Positions 1 through 8,550 of a DNA stretch of 64,000 nucleotides are shown here, in pieces. Numbering within the stretch: position 1 is the stretch's first letter; every line of letters begins with the position of its first letter. The DNA comes from a virus (Duplodnaviria; Heunggongvirae; Uroviricota; Caudoviricetes; Demerecviridae), in the IMG/VR virus record IMGVR_UViG_2974607751_000001, positions 35,533 to 99,532 of that record. One strand, written 5' to 3'. A program made the translations under genes and the position numbers. The notes beneath the pieces are model-generated. The model worked only from the letters and a program-made list of their open reading frames with translations. It was not told the origin of the DNA and did no database searches.

Positions 1-590
1 ATACTGTCAGAGTCAATATAGACACCCTGATACTCTTGGTGAGACATAGAAACACCAAGCAGATAACCATCTCGAGCATACAGAGCTGAGGTTTCGGAGT
101 CGAATGCGATAGGTCCGATAACCATGTTATACACCATCTTGATGTATTCTTCAGCTTCGTCTGGATCAGTAATAGGACGATAATCACCGGCTTTTGCAAT
201 CTTCTCACGACCATTGATAATATTGTGAATACTTTCAACAGTTGCATCGAAAACTGGTTTCATTTCAGGTTTAAAGTGTAGCTGAGCTGGACTAATACTT
301 GCAATCCAGTTGGCATAGCCACCATGCTCTACACGTTTACCAGTATAATCACCGATACCTTTCTTACCTGCGAAATACAGGAAAGGTTCAGCACCAACTA
401 GTACAACAAAATCGTAATCGTTCGGATCGAACGGATTATCTGGAGTTCCGATTGTAATATGCTTTTTCAGCAAACGACCAGATAACTTCTCGTTACACAT
501 ATGGAATACATCAACTTCCTCACCGTAAAGCTGGAAGTGTTTATCATAACGAGTGTTATTTAGAGCTTTATCAACTACTGCAATTTTCAA
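1..590 (-). CDS. DNA polymerase (family A) N-terminal 3'-5' exonuclease part, truncated by the window edge; TTG start
   Basis: The reverse-strand ORF begins MKIAVVDKALNNTRYDKHF. An Exo I motif FDSETSALY and a GGAGA RBS sit upstream. The ORF runs off the left edge, so the 6-frame track omits it. Confidence 0.7.
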   Translation of the reverse strand, partial: MKIAVVDKALNNTRYDKHFQLYGEEVDVFHMCNEKLSGRLLKKHITIGTPDNPFDPNDYDFVVLVGAEPFLYFAGKKGIGDYTGKRVEHGGYANWIASISPAQLHFKPEMKPVFDATVESIHNIINGREKIAKAGDYRPITDPDEAEEYIKMVYNMVIGPIAFDSETSALYARDGYLLGVSMSHQEYQGVYIDSDS

Positions 591-652
591 ATTTAGTCTC
601 CTTTTGGTAAGTAAGTATAACTTCAGTGTTTCTTCTCTAACTTACCAATATA

Positions 653-1543
653 TTATACCAAATCTTTGAGCGATTCGGCAACTAAAATTTCAATACGTTG
701 AGCCAACATATCGATCTCTTCTTTATTTAAATCACCTGGGTCTTTGCCTTCTGGAAGAAGGAAGTTACCAACTACAGGTGTTAAACGTGTTTTTGTACGA
801 ATTAACTTCGCCAGTGCTTGTGCGGCTTTATTACCAGAAGCATCATTATCTAATAAGATAACTACTACTCTTACTCCAGCAATAATGTAAGGACTAAACT
901 TATCCGCAATGTTATCAGGTGTAAACTGATGTGTACCAAAGCAGCAAGAAGCATAATCCACACCGTTATCTTCTAGATTTAACATATCAAAGATACCTTC
1001 AACTAGAACAAGAACTGGTGTATTATATCGTACAGGGAAAATCGGTGGTGAAACTTGTTTTGGTTTTACTAAGTATTTAGGAGGGGCAGAACTGTTTATA
1101 GAACGTCCCAGGAATAGGATATTGCGTCCAACAGCATCTGTTATTGGGAATACAATTCTGCCTTCCCAGTCTGCTTGATGTTGGAAAGCAAAATATTTCT
1201 TCAAGGTCTTAGAACTGATACCTCGGAAATCACCTTCGAAAAGGTAAGCAGATTCAGGAATTGCAAGATTCGTAGATCCATTCCTAATCTCTGAAATCTT
1301 TTTACGTACTTGTGACAATCTTGGTGACTGTCTGTACTGAGTCTCATTAAAATAATGGTAAATGCTCGGTATTCCTCTACCGAAGCCACAACTCAAGCAA
1401 TGCATAATGCCTGATTCAGGATCAATACGCAAACTTGGGTGTTTATCATCATGATCTGGATTGAGACAACAGATGAGGATGTCCCCACCTGTGTCTTTGT
1501 ATTCAATGCCTTTCAGATCAAGTAGTTCTGTTATTCTACTCAT
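653..1543 (-). CDS. DnaG-type DNA primase (zinc ribbon + TOPRIM)
   Basis: A CHC2-type zinc motif CLNPDHDDKHP...HCLSCGFGRG is present. TOPRIM acidic motifs are LVEGIFDML and ILLDNDASG. Confidence 0.8.
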   Translation of the reverse strand: MSRITELLDLKGIEYKDTGGDILICCLNPDHDDKHPSLRIDPESGIMHCLSCGFGRGIPSIYHYFNETQYRQSPRLSQVRKKISEIRNGSTNLAIPESAYLFEGDFRGISSKTLKKYFAFQHQADWEGRIVFPITDAVGRNILFLGRSINSSAPPKYLVKPKQVSPPIFPVRYNTPVLVLVEGIFDMLNLEDNGVDYASCCFGTHQFTPDNIADKFSPYIIAGVRVVVILLDNDASGNKAAQALAKLIRTKTRLTPVVGNFLLPEGKDPGDLNKEEIDMLAQRIEILVAESLKDLV

Positions 1544-3063
1544 ATATCGCTGGCCTGTTCACCTGTTGAATTTTCAGCTTTGTCTTTCTTAGCACGTTTA
1601 GGTTGAGCTGGTTTATCCTTTTCAATAGGAATAACGAACTCAGCTTCCATTTGCGCAATATCTTCCATTGCTAGGTTGGTAGTGTTATCCATTCGTAGAG
1701 TTTCCCAGTTCATCTTAGGCATAAACTTCACACTATCAGAGGAACGAGTCTTAACGAAATCAAACATAATAGCACCTTGACCATTATCAGCTTTTGCAGC
1801 ATTAAGATTAGCAGCCATATCTGCGGAATCAAGAATCCCTTTAGACATACGCGTTCTACCATCTTGGTCAATCTGGTAAGGGGCAACACCAGCCACGTTA
1901 TGTTTCTGGCAGATAGATTTGAAAGATGAACTAACAACCATCTGTTCTTTCCAGTCATACATGTCAATGGTCTTTGAATCTGGAAGTCTTGTTTGGTTAA
2001 TATAGTCTAGAAGAGCTACAGTAACCTTATCACCATACTTAGCAACTAGTTTATTTAATTCTACGTCAACCGTCGTAATAGACAGTTCAGGATCGTAAAC
2101 GATGATCATAGGAGTGTGAAGCTCATAGCCTTCAAGGAGTTTACTTTCCATATCATAGAAGTCACTCATTTTAGCCATAGTGTATTGCTTAACGAAGTTA
2201 TCGAAAAGTTCTTCACCACCATTAAACATTCTAGCCCTAGTTCTGGCTAATCTCAACAGAGCAGCACCTTCAAGAGTGTTATTACGCATTGCTAATGCAG
2301 ATACTCCAGCTAACATAGCCAGATTACGCCTAAACACTTCGTGCTCTTTCATCTCAATTGAGAAATATGGAGCAATGTCTCCATTCAAATATTGCTGAAC
2401 CTGTATGTTTGAACAGATAATGGATTTACCAGTACCACGCCAACCACCAAGCAGTAACGTTTCTGTGCGAGCTAAACCAATTTGAGCGTCGAACTCATTA
2501 CAAATACCAAGAGCGATCAAGTTCAGTTTGGTATCTTCTTCTCTCTGGAAAATACGCATTGTGTCTGCGTTGAATACCTTTCCAGTATTCGTTACTTTCT
2601 CTTCTAATTTTAAGTGAAGGGAGGCAACTCGGTTGAGAATTTCTCCCTGATCCAGCATTGTTAAATCTTGAAGCACGTCTGTTTCTAGAAGTTTCAGGAA
2701 TAGATCCTGTGTATATTCAGCTTCTAGGACTTCAAGTGCCTGTTCCATGCTCACTTCTGGAATTTGAGTGTTAGCTAAGACGACAAGAGCTTGAGAAAGG
2801 CGGGCGTTCCTATTGGCCTCAAGCATCAGTGCGTCAATGGACGGCATTGCGTTATATTTCTTATAATAATTCTGGACGGCTTGGTAAATTGAGGAGAAAG
2901 CGTCATTAAAATGATCTTTATGCAGTTTTGAGAATGTTTCCAATGCTATTTGCTTCTGTTCAGAAGCGAGAAGCATCTTCAACACTACAGCTTGCACGTT
3001 AAACAAGGTCATTCTCCTTTGCACGCTTTCGTGCCTTCTAAATGCAAAAAGGGGAAGGAGCAT
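1540..3063 (-). CDS. DnaB-like replicative helicase
   Basis: A Walker A-like motif GGWRGTGKS is present. The protein has a RecA-like C-terminal domain and sits next to the primase. Confidence 0.75.
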   Translation of the reverse strand: MLLPLFAFRRHESVQRRMTLFNVQAVVLKMLLASEQKQIALETFSKLHKDHFNDAFSSIYQAVQNYYKKYNAMPSIDALMLEANRNARLSQALVVLANTQIPEVSMEQALEVLEAEYTQDLFLKLLETDVLQDLTMLDQGEILNRVASLHLKLEEKVTNTGKVFNADTMRIFQREEDTKLNLIALGICNEFDAQIGLARTETLLLGGWRGTGKSIICSNIQVQQYLNGDIAPYFSIEMKEHEVFRRNLAMLAGVSALAMRNNTLEGAALLRLARTRARMFNGGEELFDNFVKQYTMAKMSDFYDMESKLLEGYELHTPMIIVYDPELSITTVDVELNKLVAKYGDKVTVALLDYINQTRLPDSKTIDMYDWKEQMVVSSSFKSICQKHNVAGVAPYQIDQDGRTRMSKGILDSADMAANLNAAKADNGQGAIMFDFVKTRSSDSVKFMPKMNWETLRMDNTTNLAMEDIAQMEAEFVIPIEKDKPAQPKRAKKDKAENSTGEQASDI

Positions 3064-3094
3064 AGCCCCCTCCCCTTAGGTTTAATTTACCAGA

Positions 3095-3862
3095 TTATTC
3101 AGCAGCCGCAGCTTTTGCATCCAGTTTAGCACGCTTAGCGGCACCATCATAGTCCTTAGCAACCAGACCACGACGAGACAGCATAGATTTAACACCGCGC
3201 TCAGACTTACCAGTTTTCTCAGCGATCTCAGCAACAGTCATGTTAGCCAGATCCAGACCTTCTAACAGATCTTCACGAGTTTTAGCACTTGAAGTTTCCT
3301 GTACCGGCATAGCAGCGATACGACCTTCACGAAGCAGGCTCAGAGCTTTACCACGGATCTGCTTAATATTGCGACCGAAGTGAGCAGCGATAGCTTCAAT
3401 AGTAGCACCAGCAACAACCTGATTAACGAAATCAGTTTCTTCGTCAGGAGTGAAGGAACGAACAGCAGCAGCTTTTTCAGTTGGCTTAACAGAAGCGGTC
3501 ATTTCCAGACTCAGGATCTTACCTTGTACCTGCTTAGCACCGAACTGACCACCAGCTACAGCAGCAGCGATTTCAGCGTAAGTATACTGACCAGCATGAG
3601 CGTTCAGGAAATCAACTAGTTCAGCTTCCTGCTCAGGAGTCCACGGGGATTTCTGTACTTCGTTAGCTTTCTGTACTTCGAAACCTTCTTTACGCAGCTT
3701 AGAGCCAACAGAGCGAGCGGTAACGTCTTTACCAGTCTCGGTAGCCAGTTCAGCAGCGATAGCAGCTACTTGTTCTTGAGAGATTACAGCAACACCCAGA
3801 GCAGTGGCTTTTGCTTTCAGAGACTCGGTTACACCTTCTACGTTCCAGTTCAGTTTAGACAT
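3095..3862 (-). CDS. Protein with four ~45-aa HTH-like internal repeats (putative DNA-binding); host-like codon usage
   Basis: The repeat xxEIAxxxGKxxRxVxSKLRKEG occurs four times. GC content is about 50%, well above flanking genes. Confidence 0.5.
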   Translation of the reverse strand: MSKLNWNVEGVTESLKAKATALGVAVISQEQVAAIAAELATETGKDVTARSVGSKLRKEGFEVQKANEVQKSPWTPEQEAELVDFLNAHAGQYTYAEIAAAVAGGQFGAKQVQGKILSLEMTASVKPTEKAAAVRSFTPDEETDFVNQVVAGATIEAIAAHFGRNIKQIRGKALSLLREGRIAAMPVQETSSAKTREDLLEGLDLANMTVAEIAEKTGKSERGVKSMLSRRGLVAKDYDGAAKRAKLDAKAAAAE

Positions 3863-4637
3863 TATTATTTTTCTCCAATAGTTCTTTAATCGACAGGATT
3901 TCTATCCCATTCGTTTCGGCTTTCTTATAAGATGAGGAAGAACGTTTTGATTCATCCTCACAGATTAGGTATTTAACGTCTTTGGTAACGGACTTCTTAA
4001 CCGTATATCCTAGACTTTCTAAATAGTTTGTTGCATCCGTTCGATTTGCAAAATCTTGCAAAGATCCGGTAATACAGACCGTGATTCCATTTGGCTGGGC
4101 AACTAAATCATCTGTAATGATGATATCAGCTTTAGCACCTCGAATACCGGTTGAGAATTTCCACGGTAATTCAATAACATCCTTGCCTTGTGGGGAGTTT
4201 AGCCAGGTTTTGTAATTTTCTCCAGCCTTGCCGTCAGCCTTCACATCGTGGAAGCTAGTGCAATTTTGGGACAGTTTCTTTGCTGCAACCTCTCCAATAA
4301 GAGGAATTCCTAAAGAACCGAGAACTGAACCAAAGTCAATGTCTCCGCGAACCTTAGTATTTAACTCGCTAATCAACTTAGCGGCAACCTTGCTACCCAC
4401 AGCTCCGACCAAATCTTCTTCGGTCAGGTAAAACAGTTCTGAGATCTTAGTCAGCTCCAGCTTCTCAATAGTTTTCGGGCCAAAGCCCTTTAACTTCATT
4501 TTTGTGCAGAAGTTCTCGATTAACTTACTTGATTGCGCTGGACAGTTGGACTTATTCCTACAGAATAATTGCCCGTTGACAAGATCTAGCTTAGAACCAC
4601 AAGAGGGACATTGTGTTGGAATTTCGATTTTCATCAA
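3855..4637 (-). CDS. ligB: NAD-dependent DNA ligase subunit B (Zn-finger, HhH, BRCT part)
   Basis: A C4 zinc finger CPSCGS...CRNKSNCPAQ is followed by a helix-hairpin-helix region and a BRCT-like C-terminus. It has its own promoter and RBS (AGGAAGAAAtttgATG). Confidence 0.8.
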   Translation of the reverse strand: MMKIEIPTQCPSCGSKLDLVNGQLFCRNKSNCPAQSSKLIENFCTKMKLKGFGPKTIEKLELTKISELFYLTEEDLVGAVGSKVAAKLISELNTKVRGDIDFGSVLGSLGIPLIGEVAAKKLSQNCTSFHDVKADGKAGENYKTWLNSPQGKDVIELPWKFSTGIRGAKADIIITDDLVAQPNGITVCITGSLQDFANRTDATNYLESLGYTVKKSVTKDVKYLICEDESKRSSSSYKKAETNGIEILSIKELLEKNNNV

Positions 4638-4664
4638 ATTTCTTCCTTATCAATTTATATAAAT

Positions 4665-4693
4665 ATTATAGCAAGTATTTAAGCATTTAGCAA
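4665..4693 (-). promoter_or_regulatory. T5-type early sigma70 promoter (TTGCTA-17-TATAAT) inside the split ligase, driving ligB
   Basis: Reverse complement reads ttgTTGCTAaatgcttaaatacttgcTATAATatttatataaattgataaggaag. Confidence 0.6.
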
Positions 4694-4836
4694 CTACAAT
4701 TTTAACTAACTTTGCTTACCCTCGCCATAACTTTCTATCCCTCAACTGAATGATAATAGTATATACCTAAGCGGCGAAAATGTCAATAACCACTTTATAA
4801 TTCCGACATGGTAAACGGGTAGCAAAGGGTTACTAA

Positions 4837-5808
4837 TTAGTCGTATACTCGCTCCACTATACAAGGGATTACACCACCAGCACGAATCACTCGAATCTGG
4901 CAACCGATCTCTAAATCGAGAGCGTTAATATAATCAACGTTATTAAGAGTTGCTTTAACGATTGTGGCATCATCAATAATCACCGGTTCGAAATAACCAA
5001 CTGGAGTTACTTTACCAGAAGCCCCTACTTGCCATTCAACTTTAACAAGAGTGGTAATTTCGCCTTCTTCATCCTCTTTAATAGCAAACGCACCACGAGG
5101 AAATTTATTAGTCCAACCTTCACGGAAGAATTTATTGTTGTCATTAATACGAACAACTTTACCGTCCGTCGGAATCCACTTAAAGAAGGAACGAACATTA
5201 ACAACTGTTAAGAAGTTCTCATTCTCTAGCCAAAGCATATCTTTTAAATAGGCTTCTGTAATACCGACCGTTTCCGCTGAACACTGGATACCATATGCAA
5301 CGAAGATTAAACCGCCTTCACCAATACGTTGCATGAAATCATCACTATCTTTCAGGTTAATAGCACCGGAAGCATAGTTACGTTTGTTCTCTACTTCTTT
5401 AGTAATGAGAACTTCCCCAGTGATTTGAGTTGGTACTTTTTGGGAAATAGTTTTAGGAATGTTCAGCATTTTAACATTATGCGTTACATCATTTCCTAGA
5501 ATACCGTTACCCCGAGTTAATGCTTGAACAAATTCACCATTAATATATAATAGAGAAATCGCACAACCATCTAACTTATCAGTTTCAACCTGACCAAGTG
5601 GATTGAACGGAGCTTTATCACCACGACCGTAATAGACTTTCTGTAAAGAATACATACGATACAAATGAGGGATATCACCTTTCGGTCCGATTTCTTCCTC
5701 TAGTGGGAATCTTTTAGTCAGACGATCATATTCTTCATCGGAAATAAGACTCATTCCCTGGTAGTACGCTTCTTGACAACGTTTGATAAAGTCTTTTACA
5801 TTATTCAT
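4837..5808 (-). CDS. ligA: NAD-dependent DNA ligase subunit A (adenylation + OB domains)
   Basis: KLDGCA is the KxDG adenylation motif. An Ia-like N-terminus DEEYDRL is present. Confidence 0.8.
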   Translation of the reverse strand: MNNVKDFIKRCQEAYYQGMSLISDEEYDRLTKRFPLEEEIGPKGDIPHLYRMYSLQKVYYGRGDKAPFNPLGQVETDKLDGCAISLLYINGEFVQALTRGNGILGNDVTHNVKMLNIPKTISQKVPTQITGEVLITKEVENKRNYASGAINLKDSDDFMQRIGEGGLIFVAYGIQCSAETVGITEAYLKDMLWLENENFLTVVNVRSFFKWIPTDGKVVRINDNNKFFREGWTNKFPRGAFAIKEDEEGEITTLVKVEWQVGASGKVTPVGYFEPVIIDDATIVKATLNNVDYINALDLEIGCQIRVIRAGGVIPCIVERVYD

Positions 5809-6019
5809 CGTCTGCGATTTCCATTTTGAGTTCTTTATTATACTGAGCAGCCATACCAGCTAAATCAGCAGCTTCTTTCAACCACGCATCTTTGTACGCT
5901 TTCTGGTTTGGAGTGCCGATACTATCCTGATAATTGATTCTTGCTATGGAGAGCAAATTAAGTTTTGCTTGAATCTTTGGAAGTGTTATTGTCATTGCCA
6001 TAATTGATCCTCTCATCAA
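5801..6019 (-). CDS. hypothetical small protein
   Basis: The ORF is preceded on the minus strand by TTGCTT-17-TATAAT and the leader ataaattgatgagagg. Confidence 0.4.
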   Translation of the reverse strand: MMRGSIMAMTITLPKIQAKLNLLSIARINYQDSIGTPNQKAYKDAWLKEAADLAGMAAQYNKELKMEIADDE

Positions 6020-6086
6020 TTTATATAAATATTATATATGAAAACTGAGTCGAAAGCAAGTACATTTATAAAGAAAAAGCCAAGAA

Positions 6087-6395
6087 CTAGGCATTCTTGG
6101 CTTTGAGTTCTTCAGCTCGTTTCTGTACTTCATGCAAGACCTCGGATTCACTGAGGATTTGCGTAAAAGCGTAGAATAGCTGTGATGTAGTTTCTAGGGT
6201 ATAAGGAAAAGAGAAGCCGGATTTCGTTGGAAACCACTCTCCAGTAATATCTTGGAGCCAGTAACGAATTCCCATGTATAGATTCCCACGAAATTCAGAT
6301 ACGGTTAGTCTTACTTGTTCCCCCTCCTTCTCCCAAAGCATGATGGACTGGTCGTCAACGTGTCCTTCATAGTTTTGATTTACCTGATCGCTCAT
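6087..6395 (-). CDS. PC4/p15-like ssDNA-binding protein
   Basis: The segment LTVSEFRGNLYMGIRYW...GEWFPTKSGFSFP matches the PC4/YdbC fold pattern. T5 is known to encode a PC4 homolog. Confidence 0.55.
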   Translation of the reverse strand: MSDQVNQNYEGHVDDQSIMLWEKEGEQVRLTVSEFRGNLYMGIRYWLQDITGEWFPTKSGFSFPYTLETTSQLFYAFTQILSESEVLHEVQKRAEELKAKNA

Positions 6396-6416
6396 TTACA
6401 TATCCCAAATACACAA

Positions 6417-6440
6417 AAAGCCCCATATAGGGGCTAATTG
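6417..6440 (-). terminator. rho-independent terminator (minus strand)
   Basis: Reverse complement is agcccctatatggggcttttt. Confidence 0.5.
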
Positions 6441-6445
6441 GTTTC

Positions 6446-6742
6446 TTATCGGCCTACTGGCGAAGCACGATCTAACTCTGACTGGAGGCTCGTCACACGG
6501 CGAACTTTCGCAACAGGAATGAAACGGAAGCTATCGTTAGTACGAGAGAAAACGAGGATTTCATCTTCTTTCGGCTTACGGATGCGCTCACGTTTAATAC
6601 GCTCAGCCAGGTATTTATCCTGAGCTGGATCAAACTCCATCGTACCCTGAAGGTACGTGGTTCCTTTCTGACGAAGTTTTTCGTAATGAAGATAAAACTC
6701 ACCAAATTTTTCGCATTGAGCAATAATTTCAGCTTTATTCAT
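6446..6742 (-). CDS. hypothetical protein
   Basis: Intact ORF collinear with neighbouring early genes. Confidence 0.45.
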   Translation of the reverse strand: MNKAEIIAQCEKFGEFYLHYEKLRQKGTTYLQGTMEFDPAQDKYLAERIKRERIRKPKEDEILVFSRTNDSFRFIPVAKVRRVTSLQSELDRASPVGR

Positions 6743-6778
6743 AACTGTATTCCTTGTGTTGGTGGATTTATCTAAGAA

Positions 6779-7189
6779 TTACTTAGTGATAGCTCGGATA
6801 GCTTCTGCCAGATGAGCAGCTGCTTTACCGGTCAGCTTGTCGATGATTGCGTCGTCCAGGAAGTCCGGTGCTAAGCCAGCATCGGAGAATGCAGAGCGAA
6901 GATCGGAGTGAGCCTGAGCTTTGGAAGTACGGGAACCACCAGAAGCTTTTTCTCCAGTAGATGCGCTTGATTTAGAAGTAGAGCCAGCAGCTTTCTTGAT
7001 ATACAGACCTGCTTTGGTCAGCTTCATACGGAAACCGTTCGGAGTTACACCATTTTCCTGAGCAATTTCGCTAACAATTTCCATGCTAACGCCCGGACGC
7101 TCATCTTCTGGGAATTGCTCCATACGAGCAACGTAGTCGGAAGACATTTTTTCGAACAGTTCATCAGTCCACTGAGTTGGAGTAGTCAT
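6779..7189 (-). CDS. hypothetical protein (Ser/Gly-rich linker)
   Basis: Intact ORF with host-like GC-rich codons. Confidence 0.45.
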   Translation of the reverse strand: MTTPTQWTDELFEKMSSDYVARMEQFPEDERPGVSMEIVSEIAQENGVTPNGFRMKLTKAGLYIKKAAGSTSKSSASTGEKASGGSRTSKAQAHSDLRSAFSDAGLAPDFLDDAIIDKLTGKAAAHLAEAIRAITK

Positions 7190-7296
7190 ATTTTTCGATT
7201 TCCTTAATTAAGAATTAAACAGAATAGTTCTTTCAAACTATGAGAATATTATATCAAGAATTATAGGATTAAGCAACTGAAATTTTTCAGTAACTG

Positions 7297-7551
7297 CTAC
7301 ACATCTAGTTCAACGATCTCCCAATCGTCGGCCAGAGCTTCGTCTAGAGTTAGCTCAGTGGTTTTCCACGATGCATCGTCTAGCGTGAGTTTAGTACGCC
7401 CATCTTTAGACCACCACCAAGTAAATTCTATAATGTCATTATTATCAACATCTACTTTGATAATAGTGGTGGAATAAGTATTATTTTCCCAGCTATCTCG
7501 CTGGAGATATTTTACGTCTCCAGCTTTTAACAGATCAGTTAGTTTACTCAC
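7297..7551 (-). CDS. hypothetical protein
   Basis: ORF abutting the next gene by overlap. Confidence 0.4.
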   Translation of the reverse strand: MSKLTDLLKAGDVKYLQRDSWENNTYSTTIIKVDVDNNDIIEFTWWWSKDGRTKLTLDDASWKTTELTLDEALADDWEIVELDV

Positions 7552-8248
7552 GGCGTTTTCCTTTCTCTTTATCGAGTTTCAAGGCAGCTTTAACAGCTTC
7601 ATTAACCAATGTGATAACTTCTTCACGGCTCCACTTAAAGCCCAGAGCCTTAACATCAACACCCAGCTTTTCCAGATGTTTAACAGAAGCTAATTCGTAG
7701 TGCATATAGTGAACGTTCTGTTGTTTACCTTCTGATAACAACCAAACACGATAGCAACCAACTGGGTTAGTCATTGCTTTCTTGATTTCACCAATACACT
7801 GGTAGCCAGGAACCCAAACAAGTTCACCAACTTCAAATTCTTCTGCCATTGCATCATCAGGAATCAACGGAGGATTCAATGGATCAACAATATCGTTTAA
7901 ACGAAGCAGAGCACCGTAACGCTCCAGAACAGATTTAATCATCGCTACAGAACGATAGTTACGATCAGCAATTTCTTCAAAAGAATCACCAGAAAGATAC
8001 TGTTCAATTACGTTTGCAAGCTCAACACCTTCAATCAGTGTTCCACGCTTCTTCTTTTTCATTTCCGCAACCTGAACCTGACGATCTCTCCATTCTTCTA
8101 TCATTCGTTCCATAGTTGGGTTAGAAGAAACACCGAGCATTTCACATGCTGCTTTCTTAGTACCACCATTCTCCAGATGTTCAATAACCTTTTTAAAGGT
8201 TTCATCAGGGATTTCATGGATAAGTTTCTTTCTACGAGAACCAGCCAT
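7544..8248 (-). CDS. HTH DNA-binding protein (putative regulator)
   Basis: The N-terminus LENGGTKKAACEMLGVSSNPTMERMI is HTH-like. Confidence 0.5.
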   Translation of the reverse strand: MAGSRRKKLIHEIPDETFKKVIEHLENGGTKKAACEMLGVSSNPTMERMIEEWRDRQVQVAEMKKKKRGTLIEGVELANVIEQYLSGDSFEEIADRNYRSVAMIKSVLERYGALLRLNDIVDPLNPPLIPDDAMAEEFEVGELVWVPGYQCIGEIKKAMTNPVGCYRVWLLSEGKQQNVHYMHYELASVKHLEKLGVDVKALGFKWSREEVITLVNEAVKAALKLDKEKGKRRE

Positions 8249-8316
8249 ATTTAAACTCCTCTCTCAAATTTATGAATCTATTATACAGAAAATTTTTCCT
8301 GAAAGCAAATAAATTT

Positions 8317-8550
8317 TTATGATTCTTTGAGCAAAGAAGCAAGTTCAGCATAGACTTTATCTAACTCAAAGCCAATGCGAAGAGACACACGGGTCTTCCG
8401 TTGTTTAAGTAACCATATGGAGACATTAGGGATGCCAGCGAGGCGAGGCGGTACAACCCTACATAGTTTCTCCGCAGTATCGTAAACAGAAGTTTTACGT
8501 TCTTTTACGGGAAACTTCCTTGTTTCCCACTTTTTATTCTTCACTGTCAT
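8317..8550 (-). CDS. hypothetical small protein (internal Met start chosen)
   Basis: The track ORF 8317..8601 overlaps the 3' end of the large upstream gene, so the downstream Met (MTVKNKK) was used. Confidence 0.3.
   Translation of the reverse strand: MTVKNKKWETRKFPVKERKTSVYDTAEKLCRVVPPRLAGIPNVSIWLLKQRKTRVSLRIGFELDKVYAELASLLKES

Noticed and set aside
1201-1389. Nested or antisense small ORFs inside large genes (for example 1201..1389, 1728..1967, 2180..2398, 8917..9162, 9187..9381, 15287..15739, 27497..28084, 31550..32266, 53167..53544, 57227..57721)
   Set aside because: They are fully embedded in or antisense to well-supported longer genes, with no RBS or promoter. They are treated as frame noise.
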